A stretch of DNA of 60,964 bases, the filler included, from Dugesia japonica (lineage: Eukaryota): NCBI GenBank assembly GCA_001938525.1. It is 6 parts of 6 records of this genome, joined end to end, with 100 filler letters (N's around TTAATTAATTAA, not from the genome) between each part and the next. Parts side by side here need not be neighbours in the genome. Positions count along the whole stretch, not along the records: positions 19,623 to 28,709 come from MQRL01648330.1; positions 28,810 to 39,425 come from MQRL01613865.1; positions 39,526 to 50,297 come from MQRL01510072.1; 3 more parts are not named here. One strand, written 5' to 3'. The notes beneath the pieces were generated by a model. The model did no database searches and was not told the origin of the DNA. It worked only from the letters and a program-made list of their open reading frames with translations. Made by a program: the position numbers and the translations under genes. This document shows, piece by piece, positions 27,642 through 40,019 of this stretch (positions within the stretch are counted from its first letter, which is position 1; every line of letters begins with the position of its first letter).

Positions 27642-27934
27642 TATTTTATTAGTTAAATTTAGTTCTTCACAATTTTGCATAAATTTTATTTATGATCACA
27701 TTGAATTAAAGTAAATAAAAAATGAAGAAAAATCCATAGTTAGTACTTAAACAAATAATCTTAGAAATTTAATTTTCATTTTCAATCCATTAAAATAGAA
27801 TATTTTCAAAATATTAATTTTATTTTTAAAAAATATATTTACTTAACATAGATTTTAATTATTTTTTAACATAATTTCTTAAAATAATTTTATGCTTTTA
27901 CCTATTATAATATATATAGCAATTATTTAGTAAT

Positions 27935-28709
27935 TAAAGCTGTAATAATCGCCAATGTACAACATATTTCAGTTTGGTATTATGTGTTAACAACAGCTTC
28001 TTTGCCTTACTTCCCGGTGGGCTCTAATGTTCGGCTTCAACAGATAAATCGCTTAAATAATCATGCAGCTCGTCTGGTATTTCAATATCAACTTCTATTG
28101 TATACTCATACGGTAAAGATTCTAAATCTGATGTTCTGCATTCGTCCAATATTTGTTATAATCCAGTATGTATCCATTGAAAATTTATATATAGCAAGCT
28201 TTGGCGTAATGCACATCCATATAAATTATTTATATCGATGTACAGAAGCTCAGTGTTTGCATCCGCTTCTTCATAGTACTTATTAACGAATGTAAGTCAA
28301 CCTCGGATCCCGCATTCGCAAAATGTGAACATATAATTGTCTGTTAGTAATTCAATGGGATCTTTAAGTGTCATCAGTGCTAATGCCCAGATAATGCCCG
28401 GAATTCTGCAGATTGTTATTGGTTGCAGTCCATTGTGTGCTAGCGACGTGGTTCGAAATTGTTGAAAAAGTCAGCTAGTAGGAATACATCTAGTTTTAGA
28501 TAAATCATAATGTAATCCAGTAAATCCTTGCATCCAGTAATAGTCCTATTTCCAGAGCCTTCTGATATGATTCTTCATTGACGTCTTTCCATATTGGTGG
28601 CATAAATTTGGTTTTTTCAACACTGTTAGGCTTCTAGCAAAATCATATGGGAACATTCCATTAGATTTGATAATTCTGTTGTATTTTAATATATGGTGCA
28701 AATCATAAC
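27935..28709 (-). pseudogene. Second Maverick/Polinton pPolB remnant, truncated by the scaffold end
   Basis: GMFPYDF, YIDINNLYG and YTIEVDIEIPDELHDYLSDL..EAEH*SPPGSKAKKLLLTH align with the pPolB at 40.9-41.6 kb. Confidence 0.85.
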
Positions 28710-28809
28710 NNNNNNNNNNNNNNNNNNNNNNNNNNNNNNNNNNNNNNNNNNNNTTAATTAATTAANNNNNNNNNNNNNNNNNNNNNNNNNNNNNNNNNNN
28801 NNNNNNNNN
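28710..28809. other. Artificial scaffold-joining linker
   Basis: N44-TTAATTAATTAA-N44. Confidence 0.95.
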
Positions 28810-29544
28810 CGAAAAATCTATGTAAAATATTGAAAAAACCAAAAATTCTTTACAGATTAGTATAAAAGTATTTCAAATCTAAGCATAAAAGTAATTTTTG
28901 AAAAACTTGGTCTGTTCACCTGAATTCCCATGAAAATTTGAATTATTTGTAAAAAAAAATTTGTTTATTTTGAAAGTTTATTTTTTGGTAATTTTTCACT
29001 TTTTAAAAATTTTAACCATTGATCTCTGAANAAAATTAAATATTTTCAAAATTAAAAAAAAATAAACTAAGGCTTAGATCAAAAAATGTTTTTAAAAACT
29101 TTTAGTAAGGTTAAAATTTTCAAAAATTTAACTTGCTTCCCCAAATGTTCGAGTTTATCTTTTTCGAAAGTTGTGATTGATTTATTCAATTTATTTAATC
29201 ACAACTCCTGAAGAAGACAAAATCTAAAAATTGGGTCGAAGAAAATTAAATTTTTGAAATTTTTAACCCTAAACAATTTTTAAAAAATCTCTTCATTTTG
29301 AAAATATTTGATTTTATTATTTTAAAAATTTAAATATTTAAACATAATGAACTTTTCTACTGGATTTCAGTGAAAATCAATTAAAAATTAATTCAAGTAA
29401 ATGTAAACAAAAAATCATTAATTTCACTTATTTTAAACTAAAAATTTAATTCCTGGTCGATTGCATAATAAATGACGTAATCATTTTTCTATCGCCCCCC
29501 CCCATAAAAAATTCCTGGATCCGTCGTTGGTCTAAAGCGGTAGT

Positions 29545-29800
29545 TTTTCTATGCATCAGATCTTTTATATTCTTAACATTGGTCCGATACACAGCATTTT
29601 TTAATAAACACCACATCAAAAATCCATTGGTGCTATATCAGGGGGAACAAAGAGGTCAAAAAATCGAACCATCTTTTCGTATCCAGAGATCAGGGAAATT
29701 TTATTTAAAAAGCCACGAACATTTTTCCCCAAAAGAAGTGATGCGCCATCTTGTTGAAATATGATATTAGACCGTAGCTGTATTGATTGTTGTAGAATGA
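29545..29800 (-). mobile_element. DD41D/Tc1-like transposase C-terminal remnant
   Basis: FQQDGA...FPDLWIRK...*PLCSP/DIAPMDFLMWCLLKNAVY with frameshifts. Confidence 0.65.
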
Positions 29801-30479
29801 ACTATTTTAGAGTATTAAAATAAATATCTACTGTTATTGTTTTTTCTAAAAAGAAGAATGGTCCAATAACTCTGAATTTTCACTTCTCCAAATTCTTGAA
29901 TTATGCCTGTTAATCTTTCATATTTAATAAACTTTTTAAAATTGTTTGAAGACTTTATGAATACTATAAGTAAATCATAAAACCGAAAATTTTTTGTCAA
30001 TAATAAGATTGCTACTTTTCACGTTTCTTGACCAAACAATAACAATCAGTTTAGTAATATAAAATGGATAGAAGGTCATAATGAGATAAATAAAAAACAA
30101 AAAAGAATCTTTTCAAAAACATTCACGTTCCCCTGGAATCTCGATTTTTTACATTTTTCAATTTAAAAGTAAACTATGTAATATAGATCAACATTTGTCT
30201 TGAAAAATCATATATAGTGATATACAGTCTGTTACATTAGATTGTCCAGTAAAAAAAAGTATTTTGGTGTTTGTGCTATTCGCTTCTAAACTTCTGTAAA
30301 CATTTAGCTAAACATTTATTTAAAAAATTAAATTGTGCGTTAACGGGTTAAGTTTGTAGTACAGAAAATTATGCCTGTATAAAATAATTTCAAAATTTAA
30401 AATAAAAATTAATTAAATTTAAAATTAAATTAATAAAATTTAAAATTAAATTTAACATTAAATTAAATTATTTTAGTAC

Positions 30480-30896
30480 CTTTCATTTCACAACTGATTC
30501 CGTGAACCATAGAAGGACAAATACATTCTCCCGTTTTAGAATCACATTTTTCTGTTGGTTTACATGAACAAGTATGCATGCAATTCGGACCATATTTATT
30601 TGGTGGGCAAGTCAACTCACACACATCTCCATACCGTCCAGATGAGCAATCACATTTACCATTTTCCAGATGACACTTTCCATTGTTTAAACACTGACAA
30701 AACTGATTGCAATTCGGACCATATGTCTGACCCGAACATCTCTCCTCACAGCTGATACCATTCCATCCGGATAGACAGTCGCATTTACCTGAAATTGAAT
30801 CACAAAGACCACCATTGCGACATTGGCATTTTTCTTTACAGTTTATTCCATAATAACCATTTGAACATTTTTTTTCACAAAAAACTCCATCCCATC
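30480..30896 (-). CDS. MEGF10/MEGF11/Draper-like EGF-repeat protein exon
   Basis: aatag|GA TGG GAT GGA...AAA G|gtac; repeated CxNGxYGxNCxxxCxCxNGGxCDxxxGxCxC units. Confidence 0.88.
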
Positions 30897-30940
30897 CTAT
30901 TTTGTAAAATTACAATTTGAAATACTATTTACCACATTAC

Positions 30941-31347
30941 CAGGTTCACATATACATTTTCCTTCTAAAGGGTCACATGTCCCGCCGTTTAAACAGGTGC
31001 ATCTCTCTCTGCAATTTTCTCCATAAAATCCTTCATCACAAGCTTTTTCACAGTTACTACCATGCCATCCTGGTTCACAATGACAAATACCGGAAATAGG
31101 ATCACAATTTCCATGAAGACATTGACATTCATTACTGCAGCNNNNNNNNNNNNNNNNNNNNNNNNNNNNNNNNNNNNNNNNNNNNNNNNNNNNNNNNNNN
31201 NNNNNNNNNNNNNNNNNNNNNNNNNNNNNNNNNNNNNNNNNNAGCCAGTAAGACACAAACATTTACCGGTTACTTGATCGCAGCTTATACTATGAGTACA
31301 ATTACAGTTATTGTTGCAAAGCATTCCCCATTTTCCAGAAGGACAAG
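30941..31347 (-). CDS. MEGF10/MEGF11/Draper-like EGF-repeat protein exon (contains a gap)
   Basis: aacag|CT TGT CCT...CCT G|gtaatg; CQCLHGNCDPISGICHCEPGWHGSNCEKAC; followed by a 44-nt intron (30897-30940). Confidence 0.88.
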
Positions 31348-31639
31348 CTGTTTTAAAATTGGAGATTTATTAAATTAATTTGAAATTTTTGTAATTATTA
31401 AATAATTTCAAACTGTTATGAGATTAATATAAAAAAATGTAGAATTTTTGTTTTTTTTACTTTAACTCTATTTTATGACAATAAATTATGAAATTATTAT
31501 AATGTATTAAATATCAATTTGAAGCTTGTTTTATGTTCTTTCTTAATATTTATATGAAATATAAAATAAGTTAATATATTTACAAATAACTTGACTTATA
31601 ATTTATGATGATTAACAGCAATTTTTGTAATGTTTATTT

Positions 31640-32230
31640 CTGAATTGGAGTTATGCTGCAATACCGCTCAAAACATTAATATCATATACATGGAGCGAGG
31701 GAAATGTTCATGAATGTACAATACAATTTTAGTATGAGAAGTTTCATACCGACAACTATGAAGACGAGTCACAGGACAATTGTTCATCAACGATTGACGA
31801 TGACCAATTGAAATCGTTAATCGAAACCAACACACCCAAAACCAAGCGAGAAGTTTCCAAAGATCTCAAAATCAACCAATCTACTGTTACTCACCACTTG
31901 AAGCAAATTTAGAAGGTAAAGAAGCTCGACATATGAGTTCCGCGTTAATTGCTTAAAAACCAGGAAAATCGACGTTTTGATGCCTCGTCAGCAATTCTTC
32001 AGTGAAACAAAAACGATCCCTTTCTCGATCGCATTATGATATACAACGAGAATTTGATGCTTTACGACAACCATTGATATTTGGCTCAATGGATAAATCA
32101 CAAAAAAGCTTTTTGGAAATTTCTAAAGCTGAAACCGCACCATAAGATGGTTATTGTGGCAATTTTGTGGTATGCAGCAAGTCTGACCAACCATATCTTT
32201 TTTAATCCGATTCAAATTGTGAGTATTGAT
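31640..32230 (+). mobile_element. mariner transposase remnant (N-terminal and central part)
   Basis: Stop-riddled KVKKLD.*VP, KNDPFLDRIMIYNENLMLYDN (WVPxEL and YDN motifs); continues at ~32570-32960. Confidence 0.75.
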
Positions 32231-33789
32231 TCATGAATTTCAAATATCTGAGATTTTTTAATTTTTATTTATAATATTAAAATTGGATTTTTGAAACTTT
32301 TAAAATATAAAACAGGTTTTTTAAAATACAAATTAATTGAAGAAATGCTATATATTATATTATGTTGAATTATAAAATTATAAAAATTATTTTGTAAAAT
32401 TAGGTTTAAAAATAATTAAAGGTAAAATAAAAGTATTTTGGAATTTAAAAATCAATATTTTTTAAAAATATTGATTAAGATTTCTCAGATTATTTGTTTG
32501 AATATTGTGAATTGTGCTTTAGCATTTTTCATTTTAATAAAAAACTTGTAATAATCAATAAACAATTTATGGAGACTTGTGAGACTTTGAATTTAACTAA
32601 TAAAAACAATTACAACAAGATATTGTCAACAAATTGACGAGTCGTACCGGAAATTAAAGCGACGTGACATGTGTTGGTAAATAGAAAAAGGAAGTCCTTC
32701 TCCCAAACAACGTCAAACCGCACGTCTCAATGATCACATGACTAAAGCCGTATGAGGTGAACTACGAAACTTNNNNNNNNNNNNNNNNNNNNNNNNNNNN
32801 NNNNNNNNNNNNCTTGCGCAAGAAATACCTTAAATATAAAGGCAATACTGAAACAGACTTCAATGACTTCATCGTCTCCAGAAGTCATTTTTATATTTCC
32901 TGAATAAATAGCTTGCTTCTCGTTGGCAAAAATGTATTGATTTCAATGGTTTTTATTTTGATTAATGAATTAATTTTTGACTTGATTTATACTAATGTAA
33001 AGATCAAAAACCCGAAAGGTTTTTTGCACCGATCGAATAATAATAATAATAATTTTACTATACTACATTTGATCAAATTTTTTGAAATAATGAACTCTAT
33101 ACTTATTATATGATTCAGGAAACTTTTTCTTATAAAAATAAAATGTGAAAATTCTTTATATTGATAACATCATCGATAATTTGAAATTTGTTTATAAGAA
33201 ATAATGATTTATATAGTTAATGATCCAAAATTATCACATCCAATTACATGAGATAGCTGTTGTATATTATCCTATTATTATTTATTATATTTTATTTATC
33301 GCATGACATCATCGGGACATCGAATAAGATCCCATAAGAAATGATACCGACGAAGATAAAAAAGAAATTATTGATAATGAATTAGATGATGTTATATATA
33401 TGATCTGTAAATGTGCAATTGTGATGAACTAGATAATTCTAAATCTGATGCCGGTACAACTCATATGCCGAAGGAGGATATTTATGTTATGTATTTATGT
33501 ATATTATGTATGATTTAAAAGAATTGTCTGCTGAATATGTCCATTATTTCTGATGTGACTGTATATGTACTATGAAAAGAAAACGTACGCTTGTTCAAAA
33601 TCTTTCCTCTTATGAATATCAATNNNNNNNNNNNNNNNNNNNNNNNNNNNNNNNNNGTGCTTATCTACTTTTTCCCCACAATTTTTTAGAAAAAAAACAT
33701 TGACATCGACTAAAAATTTATTATAAAACATTATAAAACCAATGTTTAAAGAGGCATAAATACAGTTATATCATGCAGTATTTGTTCAA

Positions 33790-34230
33790 GCAAATTGTTA
33801 CCTGCGAAACGACTTCGTCACATGAACTCACACAAGTAGCTGTCTAACATACTTCTAGCTGTACCAAAGTGTCGTCTGTTCCTGCTTTTGGCGTAGTTCC
33901 ATGAGCCTTCAATATTCTGCGTATGAGCACCTGTCACCGGATCAACAAAATTTTGAGAATGGTTGACAGTTAGATGTTTGTAGCCAAAGTTTTGAATACC
34001 ATTATAGGATGGCCATATATCCGATATAATAGTAGTTCCTGGAAGAATTGCATTCTGTATAATTGGTAACCATGTTGCTGCAGATCTATCGGGTACTCTG
34101 TATAAAAAACATTGTTTGGTTTCTCAGCAAATTCCTCCAAAAACCCATTGAGTAGGGAATACTTGACCAACATTCATAAACCTGCTTTCATCTATTTCTA
34201 CCGTAGTACCTATTCCACCAATGTATACCN
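33790..34230 (-). mobile_element. Merlin (IS1016/IS1595-like) DDE transposase remnant
   Basis: Manual translation EIDESRF...QWVFGGICRETKQCFLYRVPDRSAATWLPIIQNAILPGTTIISDIWPSYNGIQNFGYKHLTVNHSQNFVDPVTGAHTQNIEGSWNYAK...LDSYLCEF; this frame is not in the ORF track. Confidence 0.88.
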
Positions 34231-34968
34231 NNNNNNNNNNNNNNNNNNNNNNNNNNNNNNNNNNNAGGTAAATATTCGAATCACAAACAGTAGTATGACC
34301 AATACCTAACTCACGTTCACAAAAGTCGTAAGAAGTAAGCTCATGGCTCCATCAATAAATAAATAAGATAATCTGCCTGTAGGATAAGTGCGTTCCCTTT
34401 AACCAAGTGCCAACTTTCACTTGAGTTTGAGATCTGCAATTAACCTTATTGCATCGCCACCTGTCTTCTTTATCAGATAGATTTAAAATCATAACATGTC
34501 AATTACTACACTGTTAATTACTACACTGTCTGTTAATATGCAAAATACCATGCTGTTGTCACTGCTAACTTTGTCATGTACCAGAGTTGACAACAAGAAA
34601 TTTAAGGCAGCGATCGATGCAAACAATGATGAAAGTTTATACAAGAAAATCTAGTAAGTACATTAACCTATTTTTAACTGGCTAATTACTGTTCCAAATA
34701 TGAAGCTAGTGTGTGTTACCATTTATTGAGTGATTTGAGATTAATTAATAATTTTTAAGAAAATTGCGGGGAAAACTGGATAAGCACCGAATATTGTATT
34801 TTTAAATGGTGAATTTTACTTTTTACAATCCATTTTAATCTAAATTGAAAAAGAAACTTTTCAAAATATTAAAAAAGTTTACACTAATTAATAAATAAAC
34901 AAAATATTTAATTACAAATTTTAAAATACATCTTGATTATTTCTGATGTGAAAAAAATCAGAAAATAC

Positions 34969-35091
34969 CTTCACAATGTCCAGTAGAGCCACTCAAACAA
35001 TAACAAACTCCACTAGTATGATCGCATGCCTTGTCCTTTCTACACTTACACGCGGAGGCACATTTTTCGCCATAGAAACCAGGCGGGCATT
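34969..35091 (-). CDS. MEGF10/MEGF11/Draper-like EGF-repeat exon
   Basis: atag|AA TGC CCG...GAA G|gtattt; CPPGFYGEKCASACKCRKDKACDHTSGVCYCLSGSTGHCE; phase 1-1. Confidence 0.88.
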
Positions 35092-35494
35092 CTATAAAAA
35101 AATGAAAATTTATTGAATAAATTATTCTCAGTGATTAAGAAATAAAATAAAAACTGATTTTTTCGAATTTATTTGCAACAGTTAAAAAACTGTGGATAAT
35201 GTATATTTAAACACATGTAAAAGTGCATGCTTACCGCCAACAATATGAATTCACACGATATACCAAAATTAATTTTGTAAAATTAATTGAATAAAAAAAT
35301 TTGCGATTTATTCGAAAAAAAATTAAATTTTCTTTAATGTTTTCAATGGTATTTCGAGTAAAGTTGACCTAATTTTTCCAACTCTTCAAAAAGTGCAGCT
35401 CGCTAAATGAGTGTATCATCAACCGATGTAACTGTATGTGTAGTATGAAAAGAAAAAGTACGATCAACCTAGAACTGGCATGGACTAGAGGAAT

Positions 35495-36120
35495 CCGAAT
35501 GTCTAATTAAAACAAAGCGTTGCGATGGCTGGACAACGGCTTTGGTTCAGTCTGGTGAATAAGCTGCATGGCGTAGCATTTCCCATAGAAGCTCCTTTGG
35601 CATTTCCTGGACTATTTGTGACGTGTGGCCGGGCGATGTCATACAAAACAATGACTTTATGTTGCCTTCTCTCATACTCTGGTCGTTTTTCACGCAATGC
35701 CTTGCTCAGATAGATTATCTGGTCTAGGTGAAAGTCCCTACAACTATTTGACCAGTTTTTAACAGCTCATGATGGATTACACTCTTACGGTGCCACCAGA
35801 TGAACTTTCGATAGTTGGTTTGGAGGCTGGTCAGAGTTGCAAATTGTTTTTCACCATTTTTTATTAATAATAAAATAATAAAATTAATAATTATTTTCTG
35901 TTAAGCGTAACAATTTTATGCAGAAAAAATTTTCTTTTTACCAAGTTATCAAAATTTCACTTGTAATCATTCGTCTTTCAACGTCTCTTAACTTGAGTTC
36001 CTTAGGTAGCAACATTCCTTGCTTGTAAACCTTTCCCATGGCTTTAAAACGTCGACTTATCGGTGATCAACAAACATTTAATGATTTGGCAAGATAATAT
36101 AGATTTTGACACGGATCTGC
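35495..36120 (-). mobile_element. mariner transposase remnant
   Basis: EKRPEYERRQHKVIVLYDIARPHV and a YSPD-like motif; degenerate. Confidence 0.7.
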
Positions 36121-36291
36121 AGTGATTTATCTCAAAAGTAATATTCTAATTAAATTCCGATACTAAGTCAAATACATTTGACCTTAAATCGGTAATTATT
36201 ATCTTAATATAATTGGTATATTAACACCTTTAACCAGCTTTTTTCATATAAAAATGTCTTATCTTGACGGTTACTGCGAAAGACTAAGAAT

Positions 36292-36380
36292 CAGGGCTGA
36301 AGAGTCGGAGTCGTGAAGTCGGGAGGTTTTCCGGAGTCGGAGTCAGAATTGTAATTAATCAATCTTACGACTCCGATCCA
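36292..36380 (+). mobile_element. DNA-transposon terminus with GGAGTC repeats
   Basis: CAGGGCTG followed by repeated GGAGTCGGAGTC and an inverted CGACTCCGA. Confidence 0.45.
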
Positions 36381-36864
36381 TTTTTTAAAAAATTATATAT
36401 TTATGTATATTCAAACCACAAGAGGCCATAATGTCAGAAATACACAAAAACATTGATGTTTTGTGGATAAAAAATAAATAAAAAGTTGCAGATACCCACT
36501 TTTGACCCCCCCNNNNNNNNNNNNNNNNNNNNNNNNNNNNNNNNNNNNNNNNNNNNNNNNNNTAATTTAAAACTTTTAATAAATTAATTAATTAATAAAT
36601 TAATTGATTAATTCTCGTAACTTTGCTTAAATTAGCTTTAAAAAATTAGATTAGACTAGACATTTTAGTAATTTAAATATTAAATAACTTGTTTTACAAT
36701 TGCAATTATTGCGAGAATAATTGTTGGACGTAACCATTGATCGTTTTATAGAATTATTCATTTAANNNNNNNNNNNNNNNNNNNNNNNNNNNNNNNNNNN
36801 NNNNNNNNNNNNNNNATTGCGAGAATAATTGTTGGACGTAACCATTGATCGTTTTATAGAATTA

Positions 36865-37030
36865 TTCATTTAATATAAAAGCTTCGATCAAAATGTTTGT
36901 TTTTTGATTGATATTTGATAACAATTCGACTTTTTGACAATTCCTGACGAAGACAAGGTTGAAATATCGAATTGTTATCAAATATCAATAAAAAACAAAC
37001 ATTTTGATCGAAGCTTTTATTTTAAATGAA
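36865..37030 (+). mobile_element. Penelope-like terminus in inverted (palindromic) arrangement, with minimal hammerhead at 36936-36976
   Basis: The left arm is the reverse complement of the right arm; centre GACAATTC-CTGACGA-AGACAAGGTT-GAAA-TATC-GAATTGTT. Confidence 0.7.
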
Positions 37031-37600
37031 TTAAATAACTTATTGATATTTTATAGAGTATATTTAAATTATTGTATATTAAAACTTGTAATTAAAATTA
37101 CAAATTAGAGTATATATTAAAATATATTTTTTTATAATATACATTATGGAAGATTTTAAATATTAAATTATGAATAAAGCATTTTTTAAATATATATGAA
37201 AATATATTTTACGAAAATATAATATAAATAAGATTTGAATATCGTGAGGCCTGGGTCATTTTTAAAACATACTTTCATTAAAATATGAATGAGAGTTGAT
37301 TTGTTTGAATCATCTTTTTTAAACTTTTCATCAAAAACCAAAACAATTTGTGATTAAATAAAAATTTATGGAGACTTGCGATATTGTTAACCAAACTAAT
37401 AGTATTAATAAAATAATTTTAGAATTATGAACAAAAGAAAATCTTGGGACTTTTTAAACAGTTTTTATTTGAAAAGAAAAACCAAAATGTTTAACAGTTT
37501 GGACTTTTAAATTTATGCTGTGATTTAAATAGGGTATTTTATTTCAAAATATTTGAATAATCTAATACCAAATAAACCAGAACAAATGAAATATTCTTAC

Positions 37601-37732
37601 TCATTTCACATCTTTTACCGACATAGCCTAAGGAACAGTGACAGATACCTTCTTTATCATCACAATAAATTGAATTTTCAGAGCAATCGCATGTCTTTCT
37701 GCAATCGATACCACTTCCCCCTAGTGGACAGT
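37601..37732 (-). CDS. MEGF10/MEGF11/Draper-like EGF-repeat exon
   Basis: ttag|AC TGT CCA...ATG A|gtaag; CPLGGSGIDCRKTCDCSENSIYCDDKEGICHCSLGYVGKRCE; phase 1-1. Confidence 0.88.
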
Positions 37733-39425
37733 CTAAATAGAATATTTTTACCAATTATATAAATTTTAAGAGAAATAGAAGCACATTAAAACTTCTTATA
37801 TTGGAGAATCGTTGAAAAAAACACACCTTTCTCAGTTAACTGAAAAACATTACACTGACTCAATTCGAGTTTCTTGTTGAAAAACGGAAGTTCTTAGTGG
37901 AAATAGTCCTTCCCAAACATACATTTGAAAAAAATGTGATATTTTCGGTTTTTATAAAAGAAATACAAATTTATCGAATAACTTCGACTCCGAATCTTAT
38001 GTTCGTTTAACTGATTAAGTCCCAACAATATATTACGTTTTATTCAATAAATACGACATTACCATTGATAGCAATTCACCAACACCAATCGAGTTATACT
38101 AATAATACCAAAGAGGTAGTAATTGAATTCTCTTTTTTATTTATCTTTTTAAATCGTTATTTTTAATTCTTCTAATAATTAGTTTTGGAAAATAATAAAT
38201 TTCCTTTAATTATTAATTCTCTTTTCCAAAATTAATTTATTTTTCAAAACATTTTTCGGATACAATTTTAAACTGTTATNNNNNNNNNNNNNNNNNNNNN
38301 NNNNNNNNNNNNNNNNNNNNNNNNNNNNNNNNNNNNNNNNNNNNNNNNNNNNNNNNNNNNNNNNNNNNNNNNNNNNNNNNNNNNNNNNNNNNNNNNNNNN
38401 NNNNNNNNNNNNNNTCAGCACCTCTTAATCTAATTTTTAATCTTTGAAAAGCATTTTATATAGGATTTAACATATTTGAATATGGTGGTAAAATTTTTAA
38501 TTCATAATTAAAATTAAGGATTCTAATTCCCGACATAATTTTCAATTTCGGAATTACATTATATCTATCCCGGACTGGGTTATTCTGCTAAACAAAATTA
38601 ATATACAGTAAAACCTAGAAGTTTTTTGTTTAAATTCAGCGCAANNNNNNNNNNNNNNNNNNNNNNNNNNNNNNNNNNNNNNNNNNNNNNNNNNNNNNNN
38701 NNNNNNNNNNNNNNNNNNNNNNNNNNNNNNNNNNNNNNNNNNNNNNNNNNNNNNNNNNNNNNNNNNNNNNNNNNNNNNNNNNNNNNNNNNNNNNNNNNNN
38801 NNNNNNNNNNNNNNNNNNNNNNNNNNNNNNNNNNNNNNNNNNNNNNNNNNNNNNNNNNNNNACCCAAAGAATTTCGTAATGTATTACAAAATATGTATGT
38901 ATATACACGCTTTAAATAATCCCCATGTGACCCTCGATTTTCAAATAGAGCCATTTCTTTTTAGAAATGCGATTTACTTAAACAATATTTTAATACTAAG
39001 AATATTAATATTTTCAAAACAATTAATGGAATTTAAATTTTTTATAGTTGTGGTTGCTATAGCTTTATTACAATTACAATTATTGCGAGAATAATTGTTG
39101 GACAAAACCATTGATCGTTTTAGGGAATTCATTTAAAATAAAAGCTTCAATCAAAATTTTTGTTTTTATTGATATTTGATAACAATTCGATATTTCGACC
39201 TGGTCTTCGTCGAAAAAAAAAAATTTTGATCGAAGTAAGTAATCAGAATATTTATTAAATATAAAATTATAACGTTAATTCGTATTATTTAACAATTTCG
39301 TTATTTAGAATTTCCATGACTTATACAATATTTTAAGCTTCGAGCGGCCGTGCTGTCGTAAAATTTACGACAAATTTATTATTTTTTAAATGAAATGTCT
39401 GTACATGTGCAATTTTAAGAGCAAC

Positions 39426-39525
39426 NNNNNNNNNNNNNNNNNNNNNNNNNNNNNNNNNNNNNNNNNNNNTTAATTAATTAANNNNNNNNNNNNNNNNNNN
39501 NNNNNNNNNNNNNNNNNNNNNNNNN
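39426..39525. other. Artificial scaffold-joining linker
   Basis: N44-TTAATTAATTAA-N44. Confidence 0.95.
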
Positions 39526-40019
39526 TTCTCGGATTGATAACTTTTATCGAAAATTCAAATATTCTCTTAAAATTGGTAAAAGAGGTATCTATTAGGTAGG
39601 AAACCTTTCACTGATTCCAAATATGTAAACCTAAAATCACCAAACCTTATAGATAAAAAGTTAAATAAGAAAAACATAAACTTCATTTTTGGGAGTCCAG
39701 GTGGGAATTATGAAATTTGGAAATGGTAACTCGAACTTGTACACCAATGTATCTATTAGATAGAGAATTAAAAGTTGAGTAGGAAAAACATGGTTACAAA
39801 TCACCAAACCTTAATCCTAATAAACTAATTTGATAAAACAAGTACTTAATATAGATAACTCAATAATGATTCACATAAAATAAATAAAGTAAAAACAAAC
39901 ATATTTTCAAACTAATATTTATTTCAATAAAATCTGGGAAATATGTTTGAACTATTTGAACGAATGAGTTACTAAATAATAAAAAATTAATTCATTTCAA
40001 GTAACAAATAAAATTATCA

